Source of the DNA: Bacteriovoracia bacterium
GTDB lineage: Bacteria > Bdellovibrionota > UBA1018 > JBFWNL01
DNA: 64,000 nucleotides
Assembly: GCA_050251055.1 (NCBI GenBank)
Contig: JBFWNL010000004.1
Location: 64,001 to 128,000 of the forward strand
Direction of reading: 5' to 3'
The translations under genes and the position numbers were made by a program. Every line of letters begins with the position of its first letter. Position 1 is the stretch's first letter. The notes under the pieces are model-generated. The model had not been told where the DNA came from, did not search any database, and was given only the letters and a program-made list of their open reading frames with translations. Shown here one piece after another: positions 31,174 to 40,929 of this stretch.

Positions 31174-31695
31174 ATGAAAATCACGTCTACGTTGGTAATG
31201 GGGCTTTTGCTCATGGGCGCAAACGCGCTGGCGGAAGCGCGCTTTGGGAGCACCGCACTGGAAAGGCAGCTCGATCGTTGCGATCGGGTTGTGGAAAATC
31301 AAACCGATTACGTGCTCTGCCCCCGCGCGGACACTCTGGTTTTCAGCACCCTGTTCGAGCTAAATCGCCATATCGCGATGATCAGCCGATACAACTCTTC
31401 GTTTAAGGCCTCTAGCGAAGCCGAGGGCGTCGCGCTCATCTTGGGTAGTTTTCGCGCTCAAATCCAGGCCCTGCCTTCCGTCGTGGTCGGCCCGGGATCA
31501 CCGCAGTTCTTCGCGCGTATGCACCGCCAGGCGAATCGAATCGAAAAACTCCTGCGCAGGGAAGCTGCCGGCAAGACGATCTACATCGATACGGATGGAT
31601 ACTGGGGCCCGAGCGTGAACGCTCGATTGATGCACATTGTGGATACCGAAAAACTCACGATTACCTCGGTATTACATGGAGATACGGACGGCTGA
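31174..31695 (+). CDS. Secreted hypothetical protein
   Basis: SD GGAGG; signal peptide ending ALA. Confidence 0.75.
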   Translation: MKITSTLVMGLLLMGANALAEARFGSTALERQLDRCDRVVENQTDYVLCPRADTLVFSTLFELNRHIAMISRYNSSFKASSEAEGVALILGSFRAQIQALPSVVVGPGSPQFFARMHRQANRIEKLLRREAAGKTIYIDTDGYWGPSVNARLMHIVDTEKLTITSVLHGDTDG

Positions 31696-31789
31696 GGCGA
31701 GACTCTCCTTTCTGAGTTGACCCGGTTTTTGCAACGCGTTAGAACCCTCGCAAACCGGAGATCGGGCCACCTTTAAGAAGGAGTATTCC

Positions 31790-32368
31790 ATGTCGTTTCG
31801 CACTCAACTCTTTGTCTTTGTCGCTTTAAGCTTAGCCGCGTTAGCCGCTAATGCCGACATGAACCCCTGGGAGCCGGCTCCGCTCGTTGTCTCGCGCGCT
31901 GAATTCGTAAAGAGCCGCATTGCCGTGCAGGAAGAGTGGAAGGCCGGCTGGACCGCCAACTGCCTGAAAGACAAGGCCAACACCGTCGAAGCCTGCGACA
32001 CTCGCGTCAAGAAGACCTGGCAATATGCGCAGCTCGAAGATCTGAACACCGAGCTCGGCAACATCAATGACAGCCTCGAGATCTACGATACCTACATCGC
32101 GAAAGCCAAAGCGATCGTGACCGAACACGCCGACGCCGAGTGCGCCGAGTACCTCAATCGTTATAAAGAAAACGACGCGAAGCTCGCTTTCTTCGCCCTC
32201 GTCTACAACAACCTGTATTTCTCGAAGGGCTCCGAAGGCGTGCAAAACGTTTTCGCCACCCGCAACGAGCACCTGCGCATCCGCGACAACATCAAAGAAA
32301 TCCTGCTGAAAAAAGGCTGCCCCGTTCCCACGAACCAAGGTCCCGCCAGCAAGATCGCCGGCAACTAA
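31790..32368 (+). CDS. Secreted helical hypothetical protein
   Basis: SD AAGGAG; signal peptide ending ANA; 4 Cys. Confidence 0.8.
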   Translation: MSFRTQLFVFVALSLAALAANADMNPWEPAPLVVSRAEFVKSRIAVQEEWKAGWTANCLKDKANTVEACDTRVKKTWQYAQLEDLNTELGNINDSLEIYDTYIAKAKAIVTEHADAECAEYLNRYKENDAKLAFFALVYNNLYFSKGSEGVQNVFATRNEHLRIRDNIKEILLKKGCPVPTNQGPASKIAGN

Positions 32369-33057
32369 GGTGAAGTCACGACGCTGGTTCCGGCCGGCGG
32401 CGTGAATTGGAAGGATTCGTCCTTCAAGGCGCCCCCGAGGGCTATTTTCGAGAGCTTGATCTGGGCTTTGTTTCCGCCCGCATGCTCAAGCGCCACTTCG
32501 GTGATGAGCTTCGCTTGGGCGTCTACCTGCACGGTCGCGCGCACGACGGTGCCGGCGGAGCCTTTTTTCGGCACGAGCTCGAACTGACCTTCCTTGAGCT
32601 GCTGGATCTTGAGGCCCTTCACCTGGGAGAACTGCCCGGCCAGGAGCGCATCGGCGAGCTTGGATTGCACCTTGCTCGCGTCCTGCACGAGCACCTGTCC
32701 GTGATCGGTTTCGTCGAAGGGCGGGGTGTACTGCCACATTTTCTTGCCGTCGGTGACAAACAGGCTGGGCTCGGGGGTTTCCGTCTGCCAGCGAAAACGG
32801 GACGGGCGCTTCACCATGAGCGTGCCACCGCTGTTTTTACGCGTCTGCGTCGAAGCGATCTCTTCGACCTGCTCAAAACGCGCCTCGAGCGTGCCTTTCT
32901 TCGCGTAATGGGCTTCGATTTCCGCGAGGGTCTTCGGAATCGGCGTGGGCTTGACGGCCTTGGTCTTCGGCGCAGGTTCGGAGCCTGCGCGCGCGTCCGA
33001 AAGGGTGCCTAGACCCACGGACAGCGCGACCGAAAGCGCAAAAGCAAACGTACGCAT
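32365..33057 (-). CDS. lolA: Outer-membrane lipoprotein carrier LolA
   Basis: ARFEQ, KRPSRFRW, VTDGKKMWQY and FQFTPPAG motifs. Confidence 0.9.
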   Translation of the reverse strand: MRTFAFALSVALSVGLGTLSDARAGSEPAPKTKAVKPTPIPKTLAEIEAHYAKKGTLEARFEQVEEIASTQTRKNSGGTLMVKRPSRFRWQTETPEPSLFVTDGKKMWQYTPPFDETDHGQVLVQDASKVQSKLADALLAGQFSQVKGLKIQQLKEGQFELVPKKGSAGTVVRATVQVDAQAKLITEVALEHAGGNKAQIKLSKIALGGALKDESFQFTPPAGTSVVTSP

Positions 33058-33077
33058 AAACCTCCCGAGGGCGCAGT

Positions 33078-36000
33078 TTACGACAGCTGAATCGAGATCA
33101 TCTTGGAGACGCCCGGCTCTTCCATCGTCACCCCGTAGAGCGTGTCGTTGAGCTCCATCGTCTTCTTGTTGTGGGTGATGAGGATGAACTGGGTGTTGCC
33201 CGCCATCTCTTTCAAGAGGGCGTTGAACTTGCCAATGTTCGCGTCATCCAATGGCGCGTCGACTTCGTCCAGGATACAGAACGGCGACGGTTTCACCATG
33301 AAGATCGCGAAGATCAGCGAAACGGCGGTCAGCGCCTTTTCGCCCCCGGACAATAGCCCGATGTTCACGATCTTCTTTCCCGGCGGCTGGGCCAGGATGT
33401 CGACGCCGGCTTCCAGGATATCGGTCGAGCCTTCCGGATACACGAGCGAGAGCTCCGCGCGGCCGCCCCCGAAAATAACCGGGAACAGGCGCTCGAAGCG
33501 GTTCGCGATCGCCTCGAAGGCTTTCTTAAACCGGTCTTCCGAAGTCTTGTTGATGTGATCGATGGCTTCTTCCAGATTCTGGATGGAGGTTTCGAGGTCC
33601 ACGCGCTCGACATCGAGGTAATCGAAGCGCTTCTTGAGCTCTTCGTACTCTTCGACGGCCATGGGGTTCACTTCGCCCATGCGGCGGATCTTGTCGCGCA
33701 GCTCTTCGACTTCCTGGAAGAGCTGGGTTTCTTCCTCGGCGGTCATCTCCTGGGTGACGACCGGATCGGTCATCTCTTCTTGGATCGGCGACACGGCGGC
33801 CTGCTCGAGGCAGCCCGGGCCATATTTTTCTTCGAGGTTCTGCACCAGGTGCGAGAGCTCGCCCGACAAGCGCTCGAGATCGATGCTGAGCTCGGTCGTG
33901 CGATGCGACTTTTGATCACCCGTCTTATGGAGCTCCTTAATGCGATCCAGCGCGCTGTTTTCGCGCGCCCGGCATTGTTCGATCTTGTCCTTCATCAAAG
34001 CCAGCGCCTCGCGACGCTCGGCGACTTCAATCGTCAGCGATTCGATCTTATCGTTCACGGCGCCGTCATTACCGGCGAACTGCTCGCGCTCTTTCGAAAC
34101 GCGATCGAGCAGCTGGCTGATTTCGCGCACGCGGCTTTCGCGCTCGGCGATGTAGGAGCGGGTGACTTCCACCTCGCGCTTCACGCTGAGCGCGCGCTCG
34201 CGAAGCGAGGCGACCTTCACGCGCAGTTCCTGCAAGCGGCCTTCTTCGAGCTGAAGCGCTTCGTTTTGCTGGTCGATGCCCGAGGATTTCTCCTTGGCCA
34301 TGGCCTCCATGCGGGTCACTTCGTCCGCCAAACCCGCCAGGCGATCGGCAATGTTGACCTTTTCGCCCGCGATGGCTTCGATCTCCGAAGCCAGGCGTTG
34401 GTTTTCGCCGTCGATCGAGCGCAGCTGCGCTTCTATTTCGGAAGCCATGCGCGTGGACTGCTCCACATCACGCTCCACGGCGGCTAACTTCACTTCGAGC
34501 GACTGACGCTCCATCTGGGCCGAGCGGTTGGTTTCTTCGGCTCCCAAAAGCTCGGTGGTCACACCCTCGAGCTTCGCGGCGTACTCGGTCTCGCGATCGC
34601 TCATTTCCTGCAGCTGCTGACGCAGCTCCTGGATGATACGGCGACGCGCGAGCAGCGTCGACGAATCGGCGGCCTGCAGCGCTCCCACGCGGAGCGTGCC
34701 GTCGGCTTCGAGCACTTCCCCGGTCTGGGCGACGAGCGCCCAACCGTCGAGATCCAGCGGTTGATTCGCGGCGAGCGCGGCGCTTACCGGCTCCAGCGAT
34801 TCCACGATGAGAACCTTCGCGATCAGGGCGGATACTTGCGCGCCCACGAGCACGTTATCCGAAAGCCCTTCGGCTTTCACCCGCACGAGGTTATCGAGCG
34901 CACCTACCACGCGAAACCCATGGGCTTCCAAGCGCTGGGTGGCTTCCTGGGTGGAAACCGAAGAGCGCAGCATCGAAGCGCTGGGCGGGGCCACGCGAAT
35001 CGAAACGCGGCCGCCGCGGGTCTGCAGGTCGGAACGGCTCATTTCGCGGAGCAGTTCCACCACCGCCTGGGCGTCGTTCGTCACCAGATTTTCAATCTTA
35101 TTTTCGAGCCAGCCTTCGAGCGCTTTTTCGTGCTCGGCCGAGACTTCGAACAGATCGGCCAAAAGCTGGAAGTGCGCGGCGCGACCGTTTTGCTTCGCCC
35201 ACTCCAGCGCGTGCTTGGGACCATCGGTCAAGCCTTCATAGTTGGCGACGAGTTCTTCCAAGCTCTGCAGCTTGGATTCGGCGCGCGTCAGCTTTTCGTG
35301 ATTTTCATCGCGTGCGGCTTCGAGCTCCGCGGTCTGAGCCTTTAGGCGCTGCATCTCGCCTAAAGATTCTTCAAACTGACGGGAAACTTCGTAGCGTCGC
35401 TCGCTGAGCTCGCCCTTGAGCGCCGATTGCTGCTCGAGGTGCGATTGGGCGTCGTTCAAGCGCTGGTCGGTCTGGGTCTTTTGCTCGCGCACCCGGACGA
35501 TCTGCTGCTCGCAGACTTCATTCTTGGCGTCGAGCCCCGCTTGCTTCGACTTTAGCTCGGCCGACTGGTTCATCGAGCTCATCAGCTGCACGCGGATCGC
35601 TTCGAGCTCCTTCCGGACGCTGTCATTCGCCGTGCGAATCTGCGCCAGGCGGGAGTCGAGCTCCGACATCTCGCTCGTGGCGGAAGCGAGCTCCGCTTCA
35701 CCGGCGACCAGCGCTTCTTCGCGCGCGGCGATCTGTCCGCGATCGGTTTCCACCGAACGTTCCAGCTCCGCCTTCTCCGTGGTCAACGACTGAATCTGCG
35801 CGGCCAGATCGTCCTGGCGGCGCCGCGAGAGCTCGAGCGTGGTCTGCTCTTGCGTGAGCTCGCCCGCGACTTTCTGGATGAACGTCTGGAGGTCTTCCGC
35901 TTGTTTCGTGTCGGTGAGCAGGGAAGCGCGATCGGCTTCGAGCTGCGTTTCCGCCGTCTGCAGTTCCGTGCGGAGCGAGAAAATCTCTTCTTCAAGCTGC

Positions 36001-36788
36001 TGGCGCTCGAGCTTCACCGCTTCGATCTGCTGGGCGAAGATCTTCTTCTTGCGGCGGCCCCAGGTCATTTCCTTATCGAGCAATTCTTTCTTATGCTCGT
36101 TGTAACGGCGGGCCTTGGAGGCCTGGCGCTCAAGGGAGCCCAAGTTGCGATCGATTTCGGAAAGCACGTCTTTCAAGCGCGACAGGTTCGCTTGCGCGGC
36201 TTCCATCTTACGAAGCGATTCTTTCTTGCGCGCTTTGTACTTCGCGATCCCGGCGGCTTCTTCCACCAGGCGGCGACGCTCCTCGGGCTTCGCGTTGACG
36301 ATGCGGCCGATCTGTCCCTGTTCGATGACGGAGTAGCCCTTGGCGCCGACCCCGGTATCCATGAACAGTTCTTGAATGTCTTTGAGGCGCGCGGTCACGC
36401 CATTGATGAGGTATTCGCCTTCGCCGCCGCGGTACACGCGACGGGTGACGGAAATTTCTTTGGAACGCAGATGCAACGGGATGTCTTGCGTGGTCGCGCC
36501 GGCGGGCGCGGTTTCGGTATCGACGTAGTCGGTTTCGAGCACCATCGTCGCTTCGGCCACGCCGAGCGGGGTGTATTTCGAGCTGCCGTTGAAGATCAGG
36601 TCATCGCTACCGCTGCCGCGGATATGCTTGTAGGACTGCTCCCCCATCACCCAGAAGAAGGCGTCGACGATGTTGGATTTACCGCAACCGTTCGGACCCA
36701 CGATCCCCGTGATCGCCTGATCGAAGTGAATAACGGTCTTGTCTTTGAACGATTTGAAGCCCTGAATCTCGAGGCGTTTTACGCGCAT
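33078..36788 (-). CDS. smc: Chromosome segregation protein SMC
   Basis: GFKSF, GPNGCGKSN, coiled coils and hinge, LSGGEK and LDEVDAPLD. Confidence 0.98.
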   Translation of the reverse strand: MRVKRLEIQGFKSFKDKTVIHFDQAITGIVGPNGCGKSNIVDAFFWVMGEQSYKHIRGSGSDDLIFNGSSKYTPLGVAEATMVLETDYVDTETAPAGATTQDIPLHLRSKEISVTRRVYRGGEGEYLINGVTARLKDIQELFMDTGVGAKGYSVIEQGQIGRIVNAKPEERRRLVEEAAGIAKYKARKKESLRKMEAAQANLSRLKDVLSEIDRNLGSLERQASKARRYNEHKKELLDKEMTWGRRKKKIFAQQIEAVKLERQQLEEEIFSLRTELQTAETQLEADRASLLTDTKQAEDLQTFIQKVAGELTQEQTTLELSRRRQDDLAAQIQSLTTEKAELERSVETDRGQIAAREEALVAGEAELASATSEMSELDSRLAQIRTANDSVRKELEAIRVQLMSSMNQSAELKSKQAGLDAKNEVCEQQIVRVREQKTQTDQRLNDAQSHLEQQSALKGELSERRYEVSRQFEESLGEMQRLKAQTAELEAARDENHEKLTRAESKLQSLEELVANYEGLTDGPKHALEWAKQNGRAAHFQLLADLFEVSAEHEKALEGWLENKIENLVTNDAQAVVELLREMSRSDLQTRGGRVSIRVAPPSASMLRSSVSTQEATQRLEAHGFRVVGALDNLVRVKAEGLSDNVLVGAQVSALIAKVLIVESLEPVSAALAANQPLDLDGWALVAQTGEVLEADGTLRVGALQAADSSTLLARRRIIQELRQQLQEMSDRETEYAAKLEGVTTELLGAEETNRSAQMERQSLEVKLAAVERDVEQSTRMASEIEAQLRSIDGENQRLASEIEAIAGEKVNIADRLAGLADEVTRMEAMAKEKSSGIDQQNEALQLEEGRLQELRVKVASLRERALSVKREVEVTRSYIAERESRVREISQLLDRVSKEREQFAGNDGAVNDKIESLTIEVAERREALALMKDKIEQCRARENSALDRIKELHKTGDQKSHRTTELSIDLERLSGELSHLVQNLEEKYGPGCLEQAAVSPIQEEMTDPVVTQEMTAEEETQLFQEVEELRDKIRRMGEVNPMAVEEYEELKKRFDYLDVERVDLETSIQNLEEAIDHINKTSEDRFKKAFEAIANRFERLFPVIFGGGRAELSLVYPEGSTDILEAGVDILAQPPGKKIVNIGLLSGGEKALTAVSLIFAIFMVKPSPFCILDEVDAPLDDANIGKFNALLKEMAGNTQFILITHNKKTMELNDTLYGVTMEEPGVSKMISIQLS

Positions 36789-36948
36789 TGCTCTCTCTAC
36801 CACCTTAAGTAAGAAGATAAGGATTGAACCCGGGCGGCCTACATCCAGTAGAATCCCGAGCGTCAGCGTGTAGTATCATCCACAAGCGGACTCAAAAAGG
36901 CAAGTATGCTCAATTATTTGACGCTGTTTCTGAGGTGGGAAAGGGGGC

Positions 36949-36979
36949 AAAAAAAAAGCCCGACCTAAAGGCCGGGCTT
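36949..36979 (-). terminator. Rho-independent terminator with no annotated CDS upstream
   Basis: Minus strand AAGCCCGGCC-TTTA-GGTCGGGC followed by T9. Confidence 0.88.
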
Positions 36980-37209
36980 AAAAAAAACGGATCTCCTCCA
37001 TTCTTTAAAATCCATTCAATTCCCCGCGCTTGACGCAGGGAGCATCTCCTTCGCTTGCTGCCGCTGTCACCTCTGGCCAGAGGCTTACCCGGCAGTCCGC
37101 AGGCGTCGTGGAATTCGTCACGACTTAGCCCGCGCTACATTAAGCGTGGAGGTCCAGTCTCGTGTAATTCCTTAATTTTTCTACGCGCTTCGAGCACGCA
37201 GTCTGAGGT
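36949..37209 (-). ncRNA. Putative structured sRNA of about 260 nt
   Basis: Bounded by a sigma54-like promoter and a strong terminator; five hairpins and 8 GGA triplets; no long ORF. Confidence 0.6.
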
Positions 37210-37219
37210 GTGATTACCT

Positions 37220-37235
37220 AGCATGCAACGTACCT
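37220..37235 (-). promoter_or_regulatory. sigma54-like promoter
   Basis: AGGTACGTTGCATGCT has GG-N10-GC spacing. Confidence 0.55.
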
Positions 37236-37317
37236 CCGTATCGTCTACGTCTATCTACCAGCCTACGCCTCACAGAAAACCGCACAATGTGTCGAATCCG
37301 CCTTTTGAAAAAATATA

Positions 37318-37330
37318 TAACTAGTTGATT
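37318..37330. promoter_or_regulatory. IHF consensus site
   Basis: TAACTAGTTGATT matches YAANNNNTTGATW, inside an AT-rich tract. Confidence 0.55.
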
Positions 37331-37389
37331 TCATTTAATTTTTTTTAAAGAAAATTTTATAAACTAATTAACTTTACTAAAGTTAGGCT

Positions 37390-37419
37390 TTGCCGAATTG
37401 ATTTTCCTTTGATTATAAT
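37390..37419 (+). promoter_or_regulatory. sigma70 promoter
   Basis: TTGCCG-N18-TATAAT, 11 nt upstream of ATG 37431. Confidence 0.55.
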
Positions 37420-37430
37420 GACTTACGCTA

Positions 37431-38552
37431 ATGCAACCGGACGTCTCGATAAAAAAAGGTCAGATCCTTATATATAGAGTTTTCGACGTGGCCGAGGAAA
37501 TCGACCTCCAACACGCCGAAGGAATCGTTCGCCACCGCGTTGGGGATTCCCGCGTACGCATTTCCCGTCGGGGTCCCGAGGCCATCATCATCCGCAACGC
37601 ACCGATCCGCATTCAACTCGGGGATCTGGAGCTGACGCTGGCGGGGCAAAAACACCGCGCGGAGGTCATCGCGACGATTTGGGACTACGGCGCCGTATCG
37701 ATCTGTTTCCAAGTGCCGATCGGCGACTTCCCATCCGCCGGCTTGGCGCCCGTCGCCGCGGATATCACGTCGAACCCCCAACGCATGAACCAGCTCGACG
37801 AGTTGGCGCGCACGAAATCACGCGAGCTCGTCGCGCTGCTACTCCCGGCGCTTAAGAAACCCAACGAGAGCAATATCTTCGAGGACTACGTCATTTATTT
37901 CTTTGAGAAAGTCGACGGCATCGCCACCGCCGCGGAGATCGCGCAGAAGGTGGATTTGCCCGTCTTGATTTTAGGCGAGACGCAGGAGCCCCTCGCGCCG
38001 GAAACACGCGCCTCGATCCTGGAAAACATTTACCAGTATTCTACGAACGACTTCGTGCTGATCGACTGGAACAGCGCCGTCATCGTGGAGCCCAATGGAC
38101 AGCGAGACACCGTGGACGTGCTCGAGTTCGCGCTCACGCACCTGCTAGAGGTACGTTATTACGATGGCCTTCTGGATCAGCGCATGACCCAGATCTACGA
38201 TTCAATCGAGGCCAGCCGCCGAAAAACCTGGAACCGAAAATTTGATCGCCTATCCAAGGATGCGAATATTCTTTATGTCGAGTTCTCCGAGTTCATGGAA
38301 CGAATCGACAACTCGTTCAAAGTGGTGGGCGACTTTTATCTGGCGCGGCTCTTCCGCGGCGCCGTCCGCCGCTTCCGCATTCCCGACTGGCAGCAGAACA
38401 TCACGCGTAAATTGAACCTGCTTGCGCGCGTCTCTGACCTTTTGATGGGAGAGGTAAACGTGCGGCGTAGCCACTACCTCGAAGCCATCATCATCTTTCT
38501 CATCTTGTTCGAGATTCTCTCGGCGATGTTTAAGTCAGGTGGAGGCCACTAG
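37431..38552 (+). CDS. Conserved hypothetical protein, RMD1/DUF155-like with C-terminal TM
   Basis: FDVAEEIDL, WDYGAVS, LIDWNSA, C-terminal LEAIIIFLILFEI. Confidence 0.75.
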   Translation: MQPDVSIKKGQILIYRVFDVAEEIDLQHAEGIVRHRVGDSRVRISRRGPEAIIIRNAPIRIQLGDLELTLAGQKHRAEVIATIWDYGAVSICFQVPIGDFPSAGLAPVAADITSNPQRMNQLDELARTKSRELVALLLPALKKPNESNIFEDYVIYFFEKVDGIATAAEIAQKVDLPVLILGETQEPLAPETRASILENIYQYSTNDFVLIDWNSAVIVEPNGQRDTVDVLEFALTHLLEVRYYDGLLDQRMTQIYDSIEASRRKTWNRKFDRLSKDANILYVEFSEFMERIDNSFKVVGDFYLARLFRGAVRRFRIPDWQQNITRKLNLLARVSDLLMGEVNVRRSHYLEAIIIFLILFEILSAMFKSGGGH

Positions 38553-38700
38553 GCCTTCACCGATCCCTTCTCACTTAGCATCACTTTGTTTTGCTTAGAT
38601 TAATTCGACTTAAAACGATAATATCTGACTAAATTTATGTAGTACAAAATGTACTCAAATAGTAGGTTTTTGGCGTTTCAACTAACTAAAGGAGTCTCTA

Positions 38701-39219
38701 ATGAAACCCAAGAACCGTCTCTTTCAAGTGCTCGCGCTCATGCTGTCCGTGACGCAAGCGACCCTGGGCGTAACCGCCCACGCCGAAACCGTGAAGACCG
38801 CGGCGGATGCGCCGTCGAAAACGCTCACTCAGCGCGATAAGCAGCGCAAGGTCCTCGTTCAAGTTCGGAATCAAATGTCCGGCATGAACGAAGCCCAGTG
38901 GACCAAGACTTTCACCCAGGCCGCCGAGCAAGCCGAGAAGGCTGGCCAAACGAAGAAGGCCCGCTTCTTCAACAAAATCTCCAATCCGAAGTACCAACCG
39001 ATGGTGATCGAGCACATCGACGGCATCGTCGCCAATGACTCGACGAATGTTGCTGCCCTAGTGTTGACGACGATTGGTATCGCGGCCCTATTGGTCCCCA
39101 CGACTGAAGACATCGATCACATGTACCCCCGCCGGGCCGCAGTATTCGTCGTGTCGTTCACCGCTGCTTTGATCTGCCTCGCCTTCTCCCTGACCGGGGA
39201 AGAGGCCGAGTTGATTTAA
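38701..39219 (+). CDS. Hypothetical protein, paralog A (signal peptide, helical domain, 2 TM)
   Basis: SD AAGGAG; clearly similar to the next ORF. Confidence 0.85.
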   Translation: MKPKNRLFQVLALMLSVTQATLGVTAHAETVKTAADAPSKTLTQRDKQRKVLVQVRNQMSGMNEAQWTKTFTQAAEQAEKAGQTKKARFFNKISNPKYQPMVIEHIDGIVANDSTNVAALVLTTIGIAALLVPTTEDIDHMYPRRAAVFVVSFTAALICLAFSLTGEEAELI

Positions 39220-39247
39220 ACACCGGTCAATCCCCAAGGAGTAAAAA

Positions 39248-39805
39248 ATGAAAACCAATAAAATGATATCCCCATCCCTGGCCGCAATCCTGGCCTTCAC
39301 GCAGATCGGCATTACGACGCCGATTTCTTATGCCGGAGCCGGCACGGAAAAAAGCCCGCAGGAAGTATTAAGCCAGCGGGATAAAAACCGCGAGGCTCTC
39401 GTGCGGGTGCGCAACCAACTCTCGGCCCTCGACTCGACCGAATGGACCAAAGCTTTTAGCCAGGCTTCGGAACTAGAGGACCAAGCTGGGAATGCAAAAA
39501 AATCCCGCGTACTCAAAAAACTCTCGAATCCGAAGTACCAATCGGTGGTGGTCGAGAATCTGGACAAGCTCGCAGCCGACGACTCCACGAACGTAGCGGC
39601 GGCGGTGCTAGGAATCGCCTCGTTTTTAACCTTCGCTAGCTCGGGCTATTTCCACATGGAATCGGAACGAGCCTACTACGAATCTGACCGGATAAATCAC
39701 CGAAAAATCCGGGACAACCTCATCTACACGTCGCTGATCATCGGTGTGCTGGCCGTCATTTCCTTGGGCATCTCTCTCGAAGGCGAAGACGCGGAACTGA
39801 TCTAA
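39248..39805 (+). CDS. Hypothetical protein, paralog B (signal peptide, helical domain, 2 TM)
   Basis: SD AAGGAG; shares QRDK, VRNQ, WTK, SNPKYQ, DSTNVAA and GE[ED]AELI with paralog A. Confidence 0.85.
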   Translation: MKTNKMISPSLAAILAFTQIGITTPISYAGAGTEKSPQEVLSQRDKNREALVRVRNQLSALDSTEWTKAFSQASELEDQAGNAKKSRVLKKLSNPKYQSVVVENLDKLAADDSTNVAAAVLGIASFLTFASSGYFHMESERAYYESDRINHRKIRDNLIYTSLIIGVLAVISLGISLEGEDAELI

Positions 39806-39879
39806 CTCTCGATCCACCTATCCACCCGGACGAAAGCGCCGTCCCCCTTTCGTTCGGGTGGAATACCTAGAGGAAAACC

Positions 39880-40929
39880 ATGAAGCACCCCTATTTGTTT
39901 TTTTTATTTCTCAGTCTACTTGGCGGGACGGCCGGCGGATCGGAACCGGCGATTCACATTCACCTAGGCTCCCTGCGTGAAAACAAAATCCAACTCCGAC
40001 AAGAAGAATTCCTGGATCCCCTGCCCACGAGCATCACCACTGAAAAGGGTGACGTCGTGCAGGTAATCGTGCACGTGAAACCTACCGCGGACGACGTGAT
40101 CTCGACGCTTCAGGACCCCAACACTTTAGGCTGGATGTGGGCGGGGGAGTCCGCACTCGATATTCCGGCCCCGGCAGCGGGCGAAAAGGCGCGCATTCGG
40201 AATAGTTTTTTGCAAACCGTGAGCGGTCGCTACCTTCCGGCGAGCCTCTTTTCGGCCACGCACCCGGGCGAAATCGCTATCGGCATATCCACGTGCCATA
40301 ACTCCGCGCTCGCAAAAAAATACGCCCCGGCGTTACCCGTGGGCCTCGCGCTCCTGCAGCCCCAGGCGCTGGCGTTTGAATCCGAAGCGATCGAATCCGC
40401 GGCCATCTTATCTTTTGACGACATTTTCGAGGCCCCCCGCGAGGTCTTCGACCAGATCTCCGCCCAGGTGGTGAAAATGCCGCGGCCAGTTCCTGCGATG
40501 ACCGGGCCAAAAACCACCGTCCAAATCGAGTACCGCAATCAAAACTCGAATCGATTCGACTATGAAGTTCTGCTCGACGGAAAGCTCATTGGCGTGCTCG
40601 AGAAGACCGTCGACTCCGAAGGACTTACCGTCAATAAAAACATCAAGGAGTTCCAGATCGACACCCCCGCCCCAGGCCAGAGCGCCGTCTTGACGATCCG
40701 TCCGGACGAATGGAAGCGCGCGGGCGTGGAAGGAAACCTCCGCACCGTGACCCCGCTCTTAGTGGACAGCGTAAAGATCGCGGGCCAAGAACGGCTTTCC
40801 CAAGTCATTCATCTGGGCGACGAAAGCCCCGACCCAAAACTACCCACGGCACGAAACCTGTCGCCAAATCAACCGGAAATCCGCCGCCTCCCGGTGCAGG
40901 CGGAACTTCGCGTGGAGTGGAAGCCATGA
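39880..40929 (+). CDS. Secreted hypothetical protein, possible caspase-fold N-terminal domain
   Basis: SD GAGGA; signal peptide; LGWMWAGES...IGISTCHNS pattern (inference). Confidence 0.7.
   Translation: MKHPYLFFLFLSLLGGTAGGSEPAIHIHLGSLRENKIQLRQEEFLDPLPTSITTEKGDVVQVIVHVKPTADDVISTLQDPNTLGWMWAGESALDIPAPAAGEKARIRNSFLQTVSGRYLPASLFSATHPGEIAIGISTCHNSALAKKYAPALPVGLALLQPQALAFESEAIESAAILSFDDIFEAPREVFDQISAQVVKMPRPVPAMTGPKTTVQIEYRNQNSNRFDYEVLLDGKLIGVLEKTVDSEGLTVNKNIKEFQIDTPAPGQSAVLTIRPDEWKRAGVEGNLRTVTPLLVDSVKIAGQERLSQVIHLGDESPDPKLPTARNLSPNQPEIRRLPVQAELRVEWKP

Noticed and set aside
31718-31733. sigma54-like TGACCCGGTTTTTGCA upstream of 31790
   Set aside because: It has GA instead of the near-invariant -24 GG; plausible but unsupported.
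33142-36812. Long antisense ORFs over smc (similar ones over ppdK, glyQS, asnS, pepA, lepA)
   Set aside because: Shadow ORFs caused by high-GC3 codon bias on the opposite strand of conserved genes.
36949-37260. Region as a c-di-GMP riboswitch, tmRNA, 6S RNA or smc attenuator
   Set aside because: No GEMM motif, tRNA-like ends or long 6S rod seen. About 160 bp separate the terminator from smc, leaving room for a separate promoter. Kept as an unknown sRNA candidate.
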